Shown here one piece after another: positions 15,226-28,249 of a DNA stretch of 64,000 nucleotides (within the stretch, counting starts at the first letter, position 1; each line of letters starts with the position of its first letter). The notes under the pieces were generated by a model that saw only the letters and a program-made list of their open reading frames with translations, did not search any database and was not told where the DNA came from. Where the stretch lies: NCBI GenBank assembly GCA_043228905.1, contig JBHGNT010000004.1, positions 23,312,001 to 23,376,000 on the forward strand. Reading direction: 5' to 3'. Made by a program: the position numbers and the translations under genes. This DNA is from Azolla caroliniana. Lineage: Eukaryota; Plantae; Polypodiophyta.

Positions 15226-15572
15226 TGGTTGGCCAAAACCCTTTTCGAGTAGCTAGCCACCTCCACTCTAAGTTCAAGTTACCTTGAACTCTCTATGCTC
15301 CACACATAGACACAAAGATAATATCTTTTGCTCCACCTTATATATGATGAGAGCCGTATTTGTCGTGCCTATGTGGGATATCTCACAATTTTCTCTTTTC
15401 TTTTCACAAACTTTATACCCTCATATCTTGACATTTAGTTGTCCATTTCTCGTGTAATAAAGTGCATTCGAAACCTCCATCATTTTGTACTTAGATATTA
15501 AAAATGTTATCTTCACAATTATTGTATTACATGATTCATACTCGATTTTGTACGTTTTATGGGATTTTCACA

Positions 15573-15986
15573 CTATTGCCGAAAATCTTCACGACACCGC
15601 CATGCGTAATCAGCCGGGTCCCAATTAAGGTGTTCCACCGGCTTACTTTGAAATGACCATAGTTGTCGTGCGTGGTCTGCCAAAAAAGGGTTAGGATCTA
15701 GGAAAATCTTCTTCTCTAACCTAGCAATGACCTTAATGGATTTTTGGGAGGCTAGTTGCATAACTTCAGCTTCTTCTTCCACTAAATATAAAAGACCAAC
15801 ATCTCCAACCTCATAAAATCTTATTTTACCCTCATTAGTGTAAGCCCTAGCACCTATTAAAATGCCCAAAGGTGAGAAAAGACCGTACCATGTATAATTA
15901 TTATGTAAGGTAATTTGCCTTTGACAATTCTGAAAAGCCTGTTGAATCTGAACGGACATCAAACATCCCCCACGTAAAGAAGACAA
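15573..15986 (-). mobile_element. Probable LINE ORF2 C-terminal fragment
   Basis: 137-codon open frame that is Trp-rich (LWSFQSKPVEHLNWDPADYAW), has no credible start and is abruptly bounded. The assignment is by resemblance only. Confidence 0.35.
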
Positions 15987-16372
15987 TAATTGTTTTTTGT
16001 CCTCATTTGAGAGAAATCATTGGAATGCATATTTTGAGAACAAGAAACCACTTTGATTGAAGAAGACAAGTAACCACTTTCAAACAAGGAGCCAAAAAAA
16101 GGCTCTATTGGACAAATTAGGTCTTAGGGTGAATAAAGGAAAATTTCTAAATACTAATTAGGGAAAAGGTCTAGGCAAAGACTAGCTCTTAGTGAGGTTT
16201 AAGGAAAAATCCTGCAGATGAATAAGGACAACTTGACCTAAGGATGAATTGGGACCTAGGGGTGATCAAGGAAATGTCCTAAGGACGAATTAGGATTAAA
16301 CTTGTCCTAAGGAAAAATTAGGACAAAAGTCCTGAGCCAAAATGGTGGTATATGAACCGAATGGTTAGGTAT

Positions 16373-16863
16373 TGTCAAACTATATAACCTCTCAAGGCAT
16401 CCACTCACAAAGTGTATGTTCTTAGAGGTTGTTACCCGTAAGAATATACGGGGAGGCATAAGGGTAGGTGTAATTATGTGGTTGATGTGTATGTGTAAAG
16501 TAAATGAGTGTGTGTCTGGACAAAGAGGTTGTTACCCGTAAGAATATACGGGGAGGCATAAGGGTAGGTGTAATTATGTGGTTGATGTGTATGTGTAAAG
16601 TAAATGAGTGTGTGTCTGGACAAATGCACAATTATGTGCATGTGTACAAGAATGTGTAACGGTCTTATTTATAACGGTCATGTAACTGTTACATTGGATG
16701 TATTATATAAACCCCCTATGGGGTATGTAATGAGATAACCTTTTTTTCTCCTCTCACATTTGTGTCATTTTCTATTTGTCTTTCTCTCTTACTCTCTCTC
16801 TAACGTAACCCCCTTGGGAGGGGGGTGAAGCCATTCTAGGTTTCACCCCCCACCCGAACAACA
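16373..16863 (+). mobile_element. Putative 5' LTR of a Tat/Ogre-like Gypsy element followed by a PBS-like motif
   Basis: TG...CA ends and a TATATAAA box at about 16704. TTTTGGCATGCCCA follows at about 16865-16878 and resembles the tRNA-Arg PBS TGGCACGCCCA. Confidence 0.5.
16425..16624. repeat. Perfect 100-bp tandem duplication
   Basis: GAGGTTGTTACCCGTAAGAATATACG...GTCTGGACAAA at 16425 and 16525. Confidence 0.95.
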
Positions 16864-18455
16864 CTTTTGGCATGCCCAAACGGCCAACCTCCCTTGAGAA
16901 TAGGTCATTCTCTCCCTCCCTCACTCTCCCTCTCCATCACTGATCTCTATCTCTCCCTCTCTGTACATGTTTGTTAGTGTTTGTGTAGAGAGTATGGTGT
17001 TGTGCATGGACTCTTTGTGTGGGAGCCAGCCTGTGATGGAGATATCAACATTATTCCCTTGAGAAGAAGTCCTTCTCTCTGACTATATTTGCACTTGATG
17101 CTGCTATGTGAGCTTTCTCTATTTTCCCCATTTCCAAACACCTACACTATTACTTACAACTCCCTGATCAAGCCCTCGAGGTTTTGTCTGTGTGTCATCC
17201 TTCTTGATCCGAGTTCTACTCCTTGTAGCTCTTGAGAAAACCCTATCATCCATTCCACATATGAAGTTGGGCAGCGACGAGCTCTCACTGGCTATATTTG
17301 CAGATTTGCAAAACGAGTGATAGACAATGGGGATGATGTTGAAGTATAACTTCTAAAATAATATAACAAAAGAGACCCAGAATATGTGATATGGTATGGT
17401 GAGTTGAAAGGGGTCATCGACATCAATGGTGCAGTCCTAATATTTTGATGTGAAGACCATAGTTAAGATTGATACATTTGATAAGACAATAAGAAGATTC
17501 AAAAGCTCGAGGTGGAGGACAAATGTAGTGTTTGGTTGGTTGGTTCAACAAAAGATGTCATTCTAAGAAGTGCTTCTACTCCCATTCATATGGTTCCGTT
17601 TGAGGGTGGCTTGAAATAACAATTCTAGCTTACTGTAAGGACATTGGGGTTATGGTTTTCGCCATTGGAGCCCTCTTTGAGGATTGAGGAATCGGAAAAG
17701 GCCTTGGTTTGAGTGAGGAACCACAACCAAGCATAGACCCGACTACCAAGAAGAGGAGGACGAGGAAAGAGACAGGCATAGAAAGACCTACACAGCTAGT
17801 GGACAGAGCCGACCGCCGGACAGACAGACAACGACGATGGCCAAGAAAAAGAATTGCGGGTCCACCTACATGTCCTATGCTAGAACTGTTTCAATTATGA
17901 GGACCTCATAGATTGAGTATTATGATTGTAACCTGAAACAATGTTATGACAAAACCGAACTTTTACTAATAAACAAATCAAGAAAAGTGTAGAGATCACT
18001 AGTGTGGTTTCCACTTGGACCTATCTATGAAGAATTCATCCATGAACATATAGTATGCAAATGTTCCACTAGGGAAAACAAACTAGACATATATTTGTTA
18101 TCAATAATGCCTTCAAGGTAGGTGTACGAGTAATCACTAGAGCCCAAAATAGCTCAAAGCTTAGACAAGTGTAAACAAGGTACATAAAAAGTAATGAAAC
18201 ATAGAAGGAAACAAAAGGGGTCACACATGAGTAAGTCAAGCCTTGTCCCCAAGAGATTTCAAAGAAGGGTAGCACCCAAGACGATAAAAAGCAAACAAGA
18301 ACAAAAACTCTATATCTTCACTTGTCGACATACAAAAACCAAAGGAAAGAGATGCAACCAAAATGCGCAACCAATAATGTTAATGCAAGAGATATGGAGT
18401 GAAGTTGTAGCCAGGGAGTGAGCATCCACATAAGATGGACCTATCGTGTCCCTAT

Positions 18456-19021
18456 CATAGTTCTAGCCATACGTCCCATTCGTGTCATACTCAAACGCCA
18501 ATATTCGTATCATACTCATACGTGAAAAGGCTCCAAGTATGATTGAAATCCATACGCGGTACATAGATATATTATATATACATATGGTGTATATGGTGTA
18601 CATAGTGTGTGTGTGTGAGGGGGAGAGAGAGAGAGAGAGAGAGCGTGTGTGGTCTAGAGAGAGAAGCCCTGTTTTGCATGTGTGAGGAGACAGTGATTGA
18701 GTGTATATCTAGACTCTAGAGAGAGAGAGAGAGAGGAGTTATGGGTTTTGTCTGTGTGAGGGAGTATGTAATATGTATATTAGATATCTAGATTTTGTAG
18801 AGAGAGAAAATCTGTCAGTTCTCGTGTGAGAGAGAGAGAGAGAGAGTGTGTGTATGTGTGTCAGATGTCACTTCTATTCACAAAATATTCTGAATATCAA
18901 AAAAAAAAAAAAGTCAAAAAAAAAAAAAAAAGCCAAACGAATATCGCGTATCATACGCGTACGTTTGCAAACGTTCGCGTACGTCCAGTAAATTGGACGT
19001 ACGCGAATATTAGGAACTATG
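18456..19021. mobile_element. Non-autonomous hAT-type element (CATAGTT ends)
   Basis: TIRs CATAGTTC / GAACTATG. Perfect 8-bp TSD GTCCCTAT at 18448-18455 and 19022-19029. Confidence 0.88.
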
Positions 19022-19718
19022 GTCCCTATAGGGGTTTGTACATAATAATCTCATATGTAAAATCTTTATAACTAATGGAAGGAGTTTTTATTTGGAAAAA
19101 AGAAGAAGGAAAGAGATGCAAAACATAATTCGATTCGGTAATCTAGTAGCTCAAGAACAGAAAGAAATGTCAAATAGCAATGTATATATGTATGTATACA
19201 TATAGTTCCCTTTTTTAACTCTGCCCTAATACAGATCTAGCTATTTCTATTCCAAGCTAGGTCTTGTCTCAATGGTTCCCTAACTCTTTTTTTTGGAGCT
19301 AGCTCACTTGTTCAGAGCTAAGTATTACTTGTCTATTCCAAAGCGTGTTGCTTAGCCTAACCTTAACCCATGGAGCTTATTTTGGCCTTCCTGTATTGGA
19401 CACCCTTGGGATAAATAGACATTAATGGATCAATTTTGACAAGGGCTTTGTAACAATTTGAAGGATTTGCTTGCCACATTTCATGAAGATGCTAAGTCAC
19501 TTAGAAATGATCATTCCAGCTTATTGATGTGACAACCATCTCTTTGAGCGGCAATGTAGTGCTGCAATGTGCCTATAGGAAGAAACACATCAAACTCTAG
19601 GATAATGAAAGGTTGATGATTAGGGCAAAGGCACGACTAAAGGATATGTGAGAATATAAAGAAAACAAACAGTACAACTCAATTGGCTATAGATTTCTCT
19701 CAAAATGAAAAGGACAAG

Positions 19719-20460
19719 TGTTTGAATATTGTGGAAGCAATATGTGGACTTCAGTGGGTCAAGTGCAAGCAATGTGAATGGAATGACATCATGATTGAGA
19801 TTTTGTTCACATCAAGCACAATAGGAGGATGAGTTTAGATGTATGGAAAAGGGATAAAGAGAATTGCATGCTAAAATAAGGGTTTACTATTTTTATTTGC
19901 AAGAGGAGCTCTAAGAGCCTATAAAAGAGACAAGAGAGCTCATTGTTGAGGATGGGATTTCTTTTCCATAAATTTTGTTCGGGCTAAGGATAGAGAGTTA
20001 AGAGAGTGTGCAAGACCACTGATGACAAAACGCGACATGGTTGTCATTTATTAGGATGTTGCATTAAATCTTGACAATTTCCTCCTGAAGTTCTACTCCT
20101 TGCTCTATTTATACTTCTGTCTTATTTATTTTTCGATCAAGCCACTCCATGTAACAAAGTCAAGATTTCCTCTTGCTTGTAACTAAACTAGATTTATGAA
20201 TTGTTTGATGTAATACAAAGTTGTTTTATATACCTCAAAAATATTGTTTATGGTGAATCTTTTGTTACTATGAGTTTTGCACTTATTCCAGGATTGCGGC
20301 GAATTTTCAAACTTAGAAATTTGAGTATGGAGTGAAAAGATACACACAATTGCCTCGAATTTGACGAAAGATAGATTTCTGAAGAGCTCACACGAAAGGG
20401 TTCGTAATGTTGGCATTAAGAGGTCACTACAAGGACCAATCAAGAAAAGAACTATAAACA
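19719..20460 (+). mobile_element. Putative LTR
   Basis: TGTTT...AAACA termini, TATAAAAG at about 19920, purine tract GAAAAGGACAAG immediately upstream, and PBS-like AAAAATGGCGCAC just downstream. Confidence 0.4.
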
Positions 20461-20523
20461 CTTAAAAATGGCGCACTATACACACATACATATACGTATA
20501 TCTCCAAGTGTTTCTATATTCTT

Positions 20524-20526
<3 letters not shown>

Positions 20527-20568
<42 letters not shown>
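20527..20568. repeat. (AC)~21 microsatellite
   Basis: Seen directly in the sequence. Confidence 0.95.
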
Positions 20569-20569
<1 letters not shown>

Positions 20570-23500
20570 CCTTATACACACACAAGTATACAAAAGAAGG
20601 AAAACAAAAATTTCCAGGACTAAAGGTCGATATACCACATTGTCGAGGATCCTTAATGGAAGCTGGAAAATAATGACATTTTCAAGTCATTTATATCATA
20701 GTGACCTACATGGCAAGCTAACCAAGTGCTAATGTTAACTTGCTCTTGATTCTCCAATTACATCTCATAATCCTAGTAGCCTTGCACCATCAAATAGCTT
20801 TGAAGTCCCGTAGTACATGAAGAATTAAATGTATACGCCCAACCAAATTAGGAGCCATTTGGTTAGACAACTTGGAATTTGTAGATCTAGTCCAAATTAA
20901 TGGTTCCATTTCGTTAAATCCATTTAGTAGGGTTTTTGTGGAACATGTTGAACGTCGTACTTCTAAATCTTATCATGTCCTTGCAACTTCGTATCTCTTA
21001 GATTTAGGAGCCAACTCTTGCTTCTCTTGGGACAATTGCCTTGTCTAGAATCAGATGTAATTATTGAGGGTCACCCTATTGCCTCTATAGACATAACTAA
21101 AGAGTGTGAGCTACTTTGTGTAGTTCTTGGTGATCTTCCTTGTGTAACTTCATTCAATATAATCCATAATATTGAGCATCCAAATGTTTGGTTCAAGCTT
21201 CACAAGATTCATAGGAGAAAACAAGCAATTATGGAATCCAATAAAAACCACACATCTAGCTTCCTTGTTGTGCTGAACCCAAGTACACTATGTCATAGTC
21301 TATAAACTCTCGACAATCTCCCTACATTTGTGTATTTGTGGTGGTATAATGGAGATAAAAAACTCATAAGAAATCGACTTTACATCTATGTGTCATGAGG
21401 AAGAATATAACTACTTATCTATCTACAAAGAAGATATCCGGTAGTTATAACTCCATCCTCTTACTCATTATTAATTAGGAAATCAAATTTTTGCTTGTAT
21501 GTTTGGAAAATACTTCCCAAAATATTTAAGAATAATAATTGAATGTTTTTCCATTTCAAATACATAAAGGGTAACCATGTCATGTGTAGTTAGGCATTAT
21601 GTTTAAATTTGCGTATTCCCAACATAATCAATGATGAATATTAATTTGAAATATAGTTTATTAATGAATTAATCATGCAACTCTAATTTCTATTAGAGAA
21701 CATCAACCTTCTCTTAAAGTTTTCTTTAAAAATATACGTAACTTTGACATCCGAAGTATTTGTGCACCATTTTTTATTAAAGAATGTCATTGCTCGATAC
21801 TAAGACATAATTAAGTGTAACTAGAAAATTCCAAATCAGTTGTAATAGTAAAGTAGGAAAGGGAAGAAACACTTTCCTCTTTTATCAATTTGATTCAGTT
21901 CTCCCTACTTGTTTTGAAAACACAAATTTCCTCGAATTAAGGCTCATGTGCTTCTCTCCTAGTATATGATAGGTTTAACTTCATATGAAACCCAAAAAAA
22001 CATGGATAGGAACCCTAGCATCCATTCTTACATCATCCTCTTAGTTTATTGATTTTATAAATTTCGTTGCCCGATTATTCGAGACAAAAACCTTAAAAGA
22101 GATTTATCAACATGTCACCCAACCTTCGCATGATTGAGTTTCATTCTTCTGTTGTCCCTTAAAAATATTACGTAATAACTATGTCCTGATGTTTCATTTG
22201 CTTGCCTCTCGACGATGCTTTATAACTAAATCATTTTTGCTTTCATCAATATCCTTCATAAAATTTACATTCCTCCTCGATTGGCAACACGTTTTCTTCC
22301 TTCTAGAAATTCTCTTTGTGCCTTACAAATTTATCTTTACCATCATATTTAATTTTTTTATTAATATCAAATATTGGGCATGTCAAACTATTTCTCCAAT
22401 GGGATTATGTGCCGCCACTCTGTCCTATAGCATGCCACACATTGGATTTGGAACAAAGTACACTTGAAGATTGTTAGCTTTTCAAATAGGTGACAGATGC
22501 CTATATAAACATAAATTCTACCAAGAAATAAAGAGAAAGAGTCTTGTAAAATGTCATGTTAAAAATCGATCTCAATATAGACCATAGTACTTACAAGGAT
22601 ATATATACATTTGTGTGCATATGTAACACTTGAACCTCTAAGAACAAGAACATGTGATTCCACATTCATTTACCGCGATGGTCATGAGAAAGAATCTATT
22701 CTAGATCTTGGGATTGTTTCAATTGAATGCCCTTAGGTGTCACATCCAATGTAAAATATTTCTCCAATGTCCTTGTTAATAATATTTGATTATTACCCCC
22801 ACTATGAGTGGATTTCACTTTTGCCATCAATATAGGTTGGATTCACTGTCCCATGTTCACTCATTATGGATTGATCATTATCAATATCAATGAATTTTCA
22901 CTTCTGCTTGATGGAAACGTCCACTTTAGCTTATCTAACTGAATTCATATAATAGCCATCAATCTACCCTCCATGCATCGTTCACTAAAATGCTTCTTTT
23001 TGACAAAAACATGCCTATTATTCTAAACAATACAAAAGAAAGTTTTAATATTCAACTAGGTTAGCAATTACAGAGCATTGTGAGAAAATCAACCTCAATA
23101 ACACATTTAGGGACAATTGAAAAATGTGTGAAGCTGTATTAACCTTGAATAAACTACAAATTGTGTGCATAATGATACAAAAGTTGAACCACCTTTCATG
23201 GCATCCTACTTACAAAATCCGACCTTAGCCTTTCTCATTTGATGTGGAGCGCATAATTTCTTATTGATTAAAGATGTAATGAAAATGGTCCCCTTAATAG
23301 ATTAAAATATGAGATTCCTTCACATCTACATGGATGAGTGCAAATTGTGAGCCGTCTAGCATGAAATATGATATCCCTTTATGAGAGGTAGTGTCCAATG
23401 AGTGTGAAATCTAGATGTTTTTTTAATGGGAGCAGCCATTAAGAATGTAGAAGTGTGGGAGAAACATTTGGAACCTTTATCCATCTCCATCTCCATGCCT

Positions 23501-26500
23501 TCAATTTCTCCACCCTTTGTCTCATACCTCTTCCATAATTGCACATGCACGCACTTACGCACAAGAGTGCACTTACATACACACAAGTTTTTACCAAAGT
23601 ACTATATTCTTAGTAGAAAATATCATAGGAAAAACCTATAAAGAATATTTATAACATCTTAGCTTGACCACATCTTGAAAATAGCACATAAATGTGTATG
23701 TTAATGAGCGATAAATATAACAAAGTAAAGGCACTAACAAAGGGGAAAACCTAAATAACCTCTGTAGTGAAAGTCAATTCCTAAAATTTAGTTGATTGCA
23801 TATAGTTCATGTTGTCCATATTGTGGTAATTAAAAGCCGAATATCTAGAAGAAGTTTCAAAAATGATTAAGAGGGAATTGTAATTATCAACAATGTGTCC
23901 ATCGTTGCAAGAAAAGTATTGTATGAGAACATTTCTAGAGTAGATGAGTAACAATCGCATATGCTTGACGGCACCTGTTATAAGTAAGTGAGACACTTTT
24001 CCATAATTGTAGCATCAAACTCATTACAAGATCCAAAGTAGACATCGCCAAAGAAATAGAGGTTCTTTAAGAGACACAATTCACACTTGTTTGACTTGTC
24101 ATTCAAACTTAACTAATTGCTTTTGCATTTGCAACATATCATCACAGAACATAGGCAACCATGGTTTGGTTACAATCCCAAATAAACTTGTTTGGCTAAT
24201 GGGGCCTATAAAGAACTAAAAATATAGATCAATCCTTACGCCATGTTTCATCCAATAATGGAGACACATGCAAGGTATGGGCCAAAATAAGACGTTTAAT
24301 CCCATTGAGATGCATACCAAGGCCATGTATTCCCTTGCATATGTGAAACATAAAAATGAGCTTACGAGGTTACAATTTGGATGACAATTTCTTAAAAGTA
24401 GTAGTCAAATGGATCACACATACAACCATAGGTTTCTATGAGTGCAACCTACTACTATACAATCTCTTGTATGTAGGGAATATGATATGTTGCCGACAAC
24501 TTGAAGGGGTGAGCATACAACCAAAATAGCACATGGTCATATGCTCACTTGCCATCACAACCTTGTACTCTCATTTGGGGTGGAGAACTCCAATTGTGGC
24601 CTTGTACTCTCATTTGGGTTGGAGAACTCTGGTCGTGTAGAAATTTTATTGGAACTTTCATCCAATACTAGACTCTACACTAGGTATGATGGTGGATGAC
24701 AAGCTATTGCATTTTTCCGGTGTTAGCACTAACATCCAATGCTTAGATTTGGTGGTTGTGTCGGTCTTTGATCCAAGTTTCACTTTGCCCAACCTAAAGC
24801 CTCTTTGGCCTCACACTATTGCTCTTCTTCTTGCTGTAGTTCCTCCACAAACTACTAATATGGTGTCTGGTACATCTTCTTCTTAATCTCCTACACAATT
24901 TGGTTTGAATGGGAGCATTATAGGCCTATGTTCTATCTTTAACAATGACTAAGTAGTGGGGAGTGCAATAATTGCACACATTTCTTCCTTATAATTTGTC
25001 TTTATTGGGAAATAATCGATCATTTGTCTTGATCTTTTATTCTCCTAGATCAACTTCACGTTTTTGGGACTTCGGCTCTCCCTTTTGGCCATGTAGCTTT
25101 GTTGATGTTCATGGAGTGCTTCCCTACTCACTGTGGGGGAATGTTTGAATGAACCAAATGGTCCATTGGGAACAATGGTTCCTTGGGTATGTCTCCCTTT
25201 CTATTAGGCTAGAAATAAAATGCCAACCTAGCTTTGACAACCCAAACTGTCCTATGGGGAGTAAAAGCTCCTTTTCCTCGATATAATTCCACCAAAAACT
25301 TTTCAAAACAAGTTCTACTGACATTGTGAAGAATGATTGTGATAGGAACATGATATTTATGTTTAAAACCATTCATAATGGCGGGAGCATATTATAGGTA
25401 GGGATAAATATGGAACCAAGCTATGGATGCCAAAAATCACATAATGTGCGAGACGCATAGTCATTGCATACTACAATATCGAAACAATGATGTGCATACT
25501 GGTTTATGGTCAAGTTATCACCCCATCTATCTCTTTTTCAATTTGTATCATCAAAGATCTCATGAGGATGTGTATATACCAACTGAGGCCAAATACTTTG
25601 AAAGAGAGGAATAATTGGGCAAACCTAGAATTGCCTCAAGTGCCACCTCAACTATCTAATTTGTCATCTCAAGTAGAAAAAGCTACTTCCAAAGTGGGTC
25701 ACAATATTGAACTAAATGAACCAAGAAGATGTGTAAGCGTGAAGTGGTGGGAATTTGTCTTAACATATCACATCTTGAATACATTAAAGATGGTGAAAAT
25801 ACCCACCACAAGCCACCTGAAAAATCTCTAGCCATATTGGCCCCAATTTATGCATGTATGCTCATACCAACCAAATCCTTGATGGTGGACGATGAGAGGT
25901 AAGCATGATTGTCTACCTGTTTGGAGTGGCATTTTACCATGACCACCTCAACAAGTACAAGTCGAACCGATGGTTGATCTCACAAATGTGAAACTGAATG
26001 ACTACTTTAGGACCTAGTGGTAAGAATCATAACCTAGTGCTAGATATGCTCGCACACACGGGCATACAAAAGTCAAGAACTAGACTTCTTCCACTTGGAA
26101 TAGGCTATTTTCTTGCAGCTTGCAAGGATAGTCTTAGAAGGATTATTATTGAATATGATATGAGCAAGGTTGACATCCTTTCTTCCTTAAATGGATAATG
26201 AACCTTCACTTTTATAACGTTTAAATTCTTGTACCTTTCCCATTCGTCATCTATGAAAAATGTGAACATAATGTTGCGTAAACGCACACGCGCATGTGTG
26301 TGCTACTCGAGCAAGACCACATGGGTCTTGGACTAGGGAGGACACAAGGACCACATCACCGAGCTCGTTGTGTGTGGTAGCACCAAGAAGGGGTTCGACA
26401 AATTCTCACACCGATCATAGAAGGGGAGCACAAAGTAGCTTGAGAACCCTACTTTAACTCGACGGCCATTGCCATTGAGCTTGGTGATGTTAGATACCAC

Positions 26501-26919
26501 AATGACACCTACGTAGAAGAGGTCGAGAAGGAGAAGTAAAGGAACAATATACCCTCATGCTAATCCGAGGTCAAGCTCCAAAATGCCGAGAGTGGAGAGC
26601 TCTTCCTCCAAAATGCCAAAGCTATAAGAAACCCTAGATGACAAAGAAGAGTTGAAAATTGAAGAAGAAAGACTCCGAAAGCCAAAATTGGAAGAAGAAA
26701 ACATCCAAAACGCCAAAAACCAAGAGGCCAAAATGTGTCCTCGTCCCCTCCTTTAAAAGGGGGGAAGGCACCTCATTTGCATTTAATGTAACTATTCCTT
26801 CCAATATGTGCATGCTTCCCCTCCTTTTTTATAGGGGCAAACTGTTAAGGCGCCTCATTTGAATTTAATGTAATTATTCCTCCAAGGGAATAATGCTCCT
26901 TAATCACACCAAGTTAACA

Positions 26920-26975
26920 AAGAATCGAACTTTGCACCCCTATGACCAAATGAATGACTCTAACCACTAAGCTTC
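26920..26975 (-). other. tRNA-like (SINE-head-like) A/B box module
   Basis: Minus strand reads AGCTTAGTGGTTAGAG...AGTTCGATTC with tRNA-like spacing. No intact cloverleaf. Confidence 0.4.
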
Positions 26976-28249
26976 TCATATTTTCCACTCCTTCTATTTC
27001 TCCTTCTTCCCCACGTTTTCCACCCTTTCTTTTCCCCCTTTTTACTCCCACCTTCGAGCTCACCACATCAGAAAGGTTATGAGTACATCCTCACACTTAA
27101 CACTCACATATGATATCCACGCATATACCTAGTCCCACATTCACACACATCAATTTTGAAATATTCACAAGCAAGAGCACTGAATGGTGTAACAAAATGG
27201 CCCACAACCTCTCTATAGATGACATATACCTAATCCCACATGTACATGCTCATCAATGTTGCAAAATTCCACATACATCAATTAGATAGAAGAGTGTCGG
27301 TGACTTTTGGATAGGCTAGTGTAAAACTTGCAAAAACTTGACTTATTCATGCCACTCAATTTATAGAGCTTGCTCATTTCAAATATTGCTTAAGGGAGCA
27401 AAATTCAACATACATATATATATACAAAAACATTATAGTAAATTAGTGGTGTTTTCTAATCATTTCCTCCTGTGAGACCCACAAGTATTATACTCAGGCA
27501 TGCATTGGAAATAATGGCTACATTTCAACATGCATAGTGATCCACACCTTTTGCATCCAAATTTAACGGCATTTACTGTAATTCCTCCAATGAGGACCCA
27601 TGAACATTCTCGAAACACATTAGAGTCAATGGTTTATCGACATAAGAAATTGCATTTCAACATGCATAATGATCCATATCTTGTCCATGTTTTCTGTATA
27701 CAAAACCTGTTCAGTATACAAGTCTCTGTATATATTGTTGGCATGCACATCAATATCTTTAATAGTAAATGCACCTACTACTGTAACCTCTGCTCCATTT
27801 CTTCCATAATTTGCTTTCTGGTAGGTACTATCAAATTAGAGATAATATCAAAAATCTACCCCCAATTCATTTGAACATGGTGAGACCACATTAATCAAGC
27901 TACCGTATAGGGTGGAATTGAATTCTTCAAAATAGTAGGGGTAGTTTTGACATTGCTCTTAATATCAGTTGTATTTTCCAGATTTTTGCTTTTGCTTTTC
28001 CTTCTTCCCTAGTTGCAAGTCTCGCTCAAGTGTTTCATATAAGTTTGCTTGCTTCTTTTAAGAGGATAGATATTACATCGTCAATGCTTCTCTTCAATTA
28101 TCAGCAAATGTTAGAGACATTGAATCAAAATCTCTTGCAACATGATAAGACTTGAAATATTGTTGGAGACCCTCTCTGATAACCACCACACTTCTGTAGT
28201 CACATTTTACATGTATGACGAACATTTTGAATTTATATTGTAATAAACA

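Noticed and set aside
26920-26975. Functional tRNA gene (also considered at 41224-41410 and 48212-48275)
   Set aside because: Only the A/B boxes are recognisable. Acceptor and anticodon stems do not pair.
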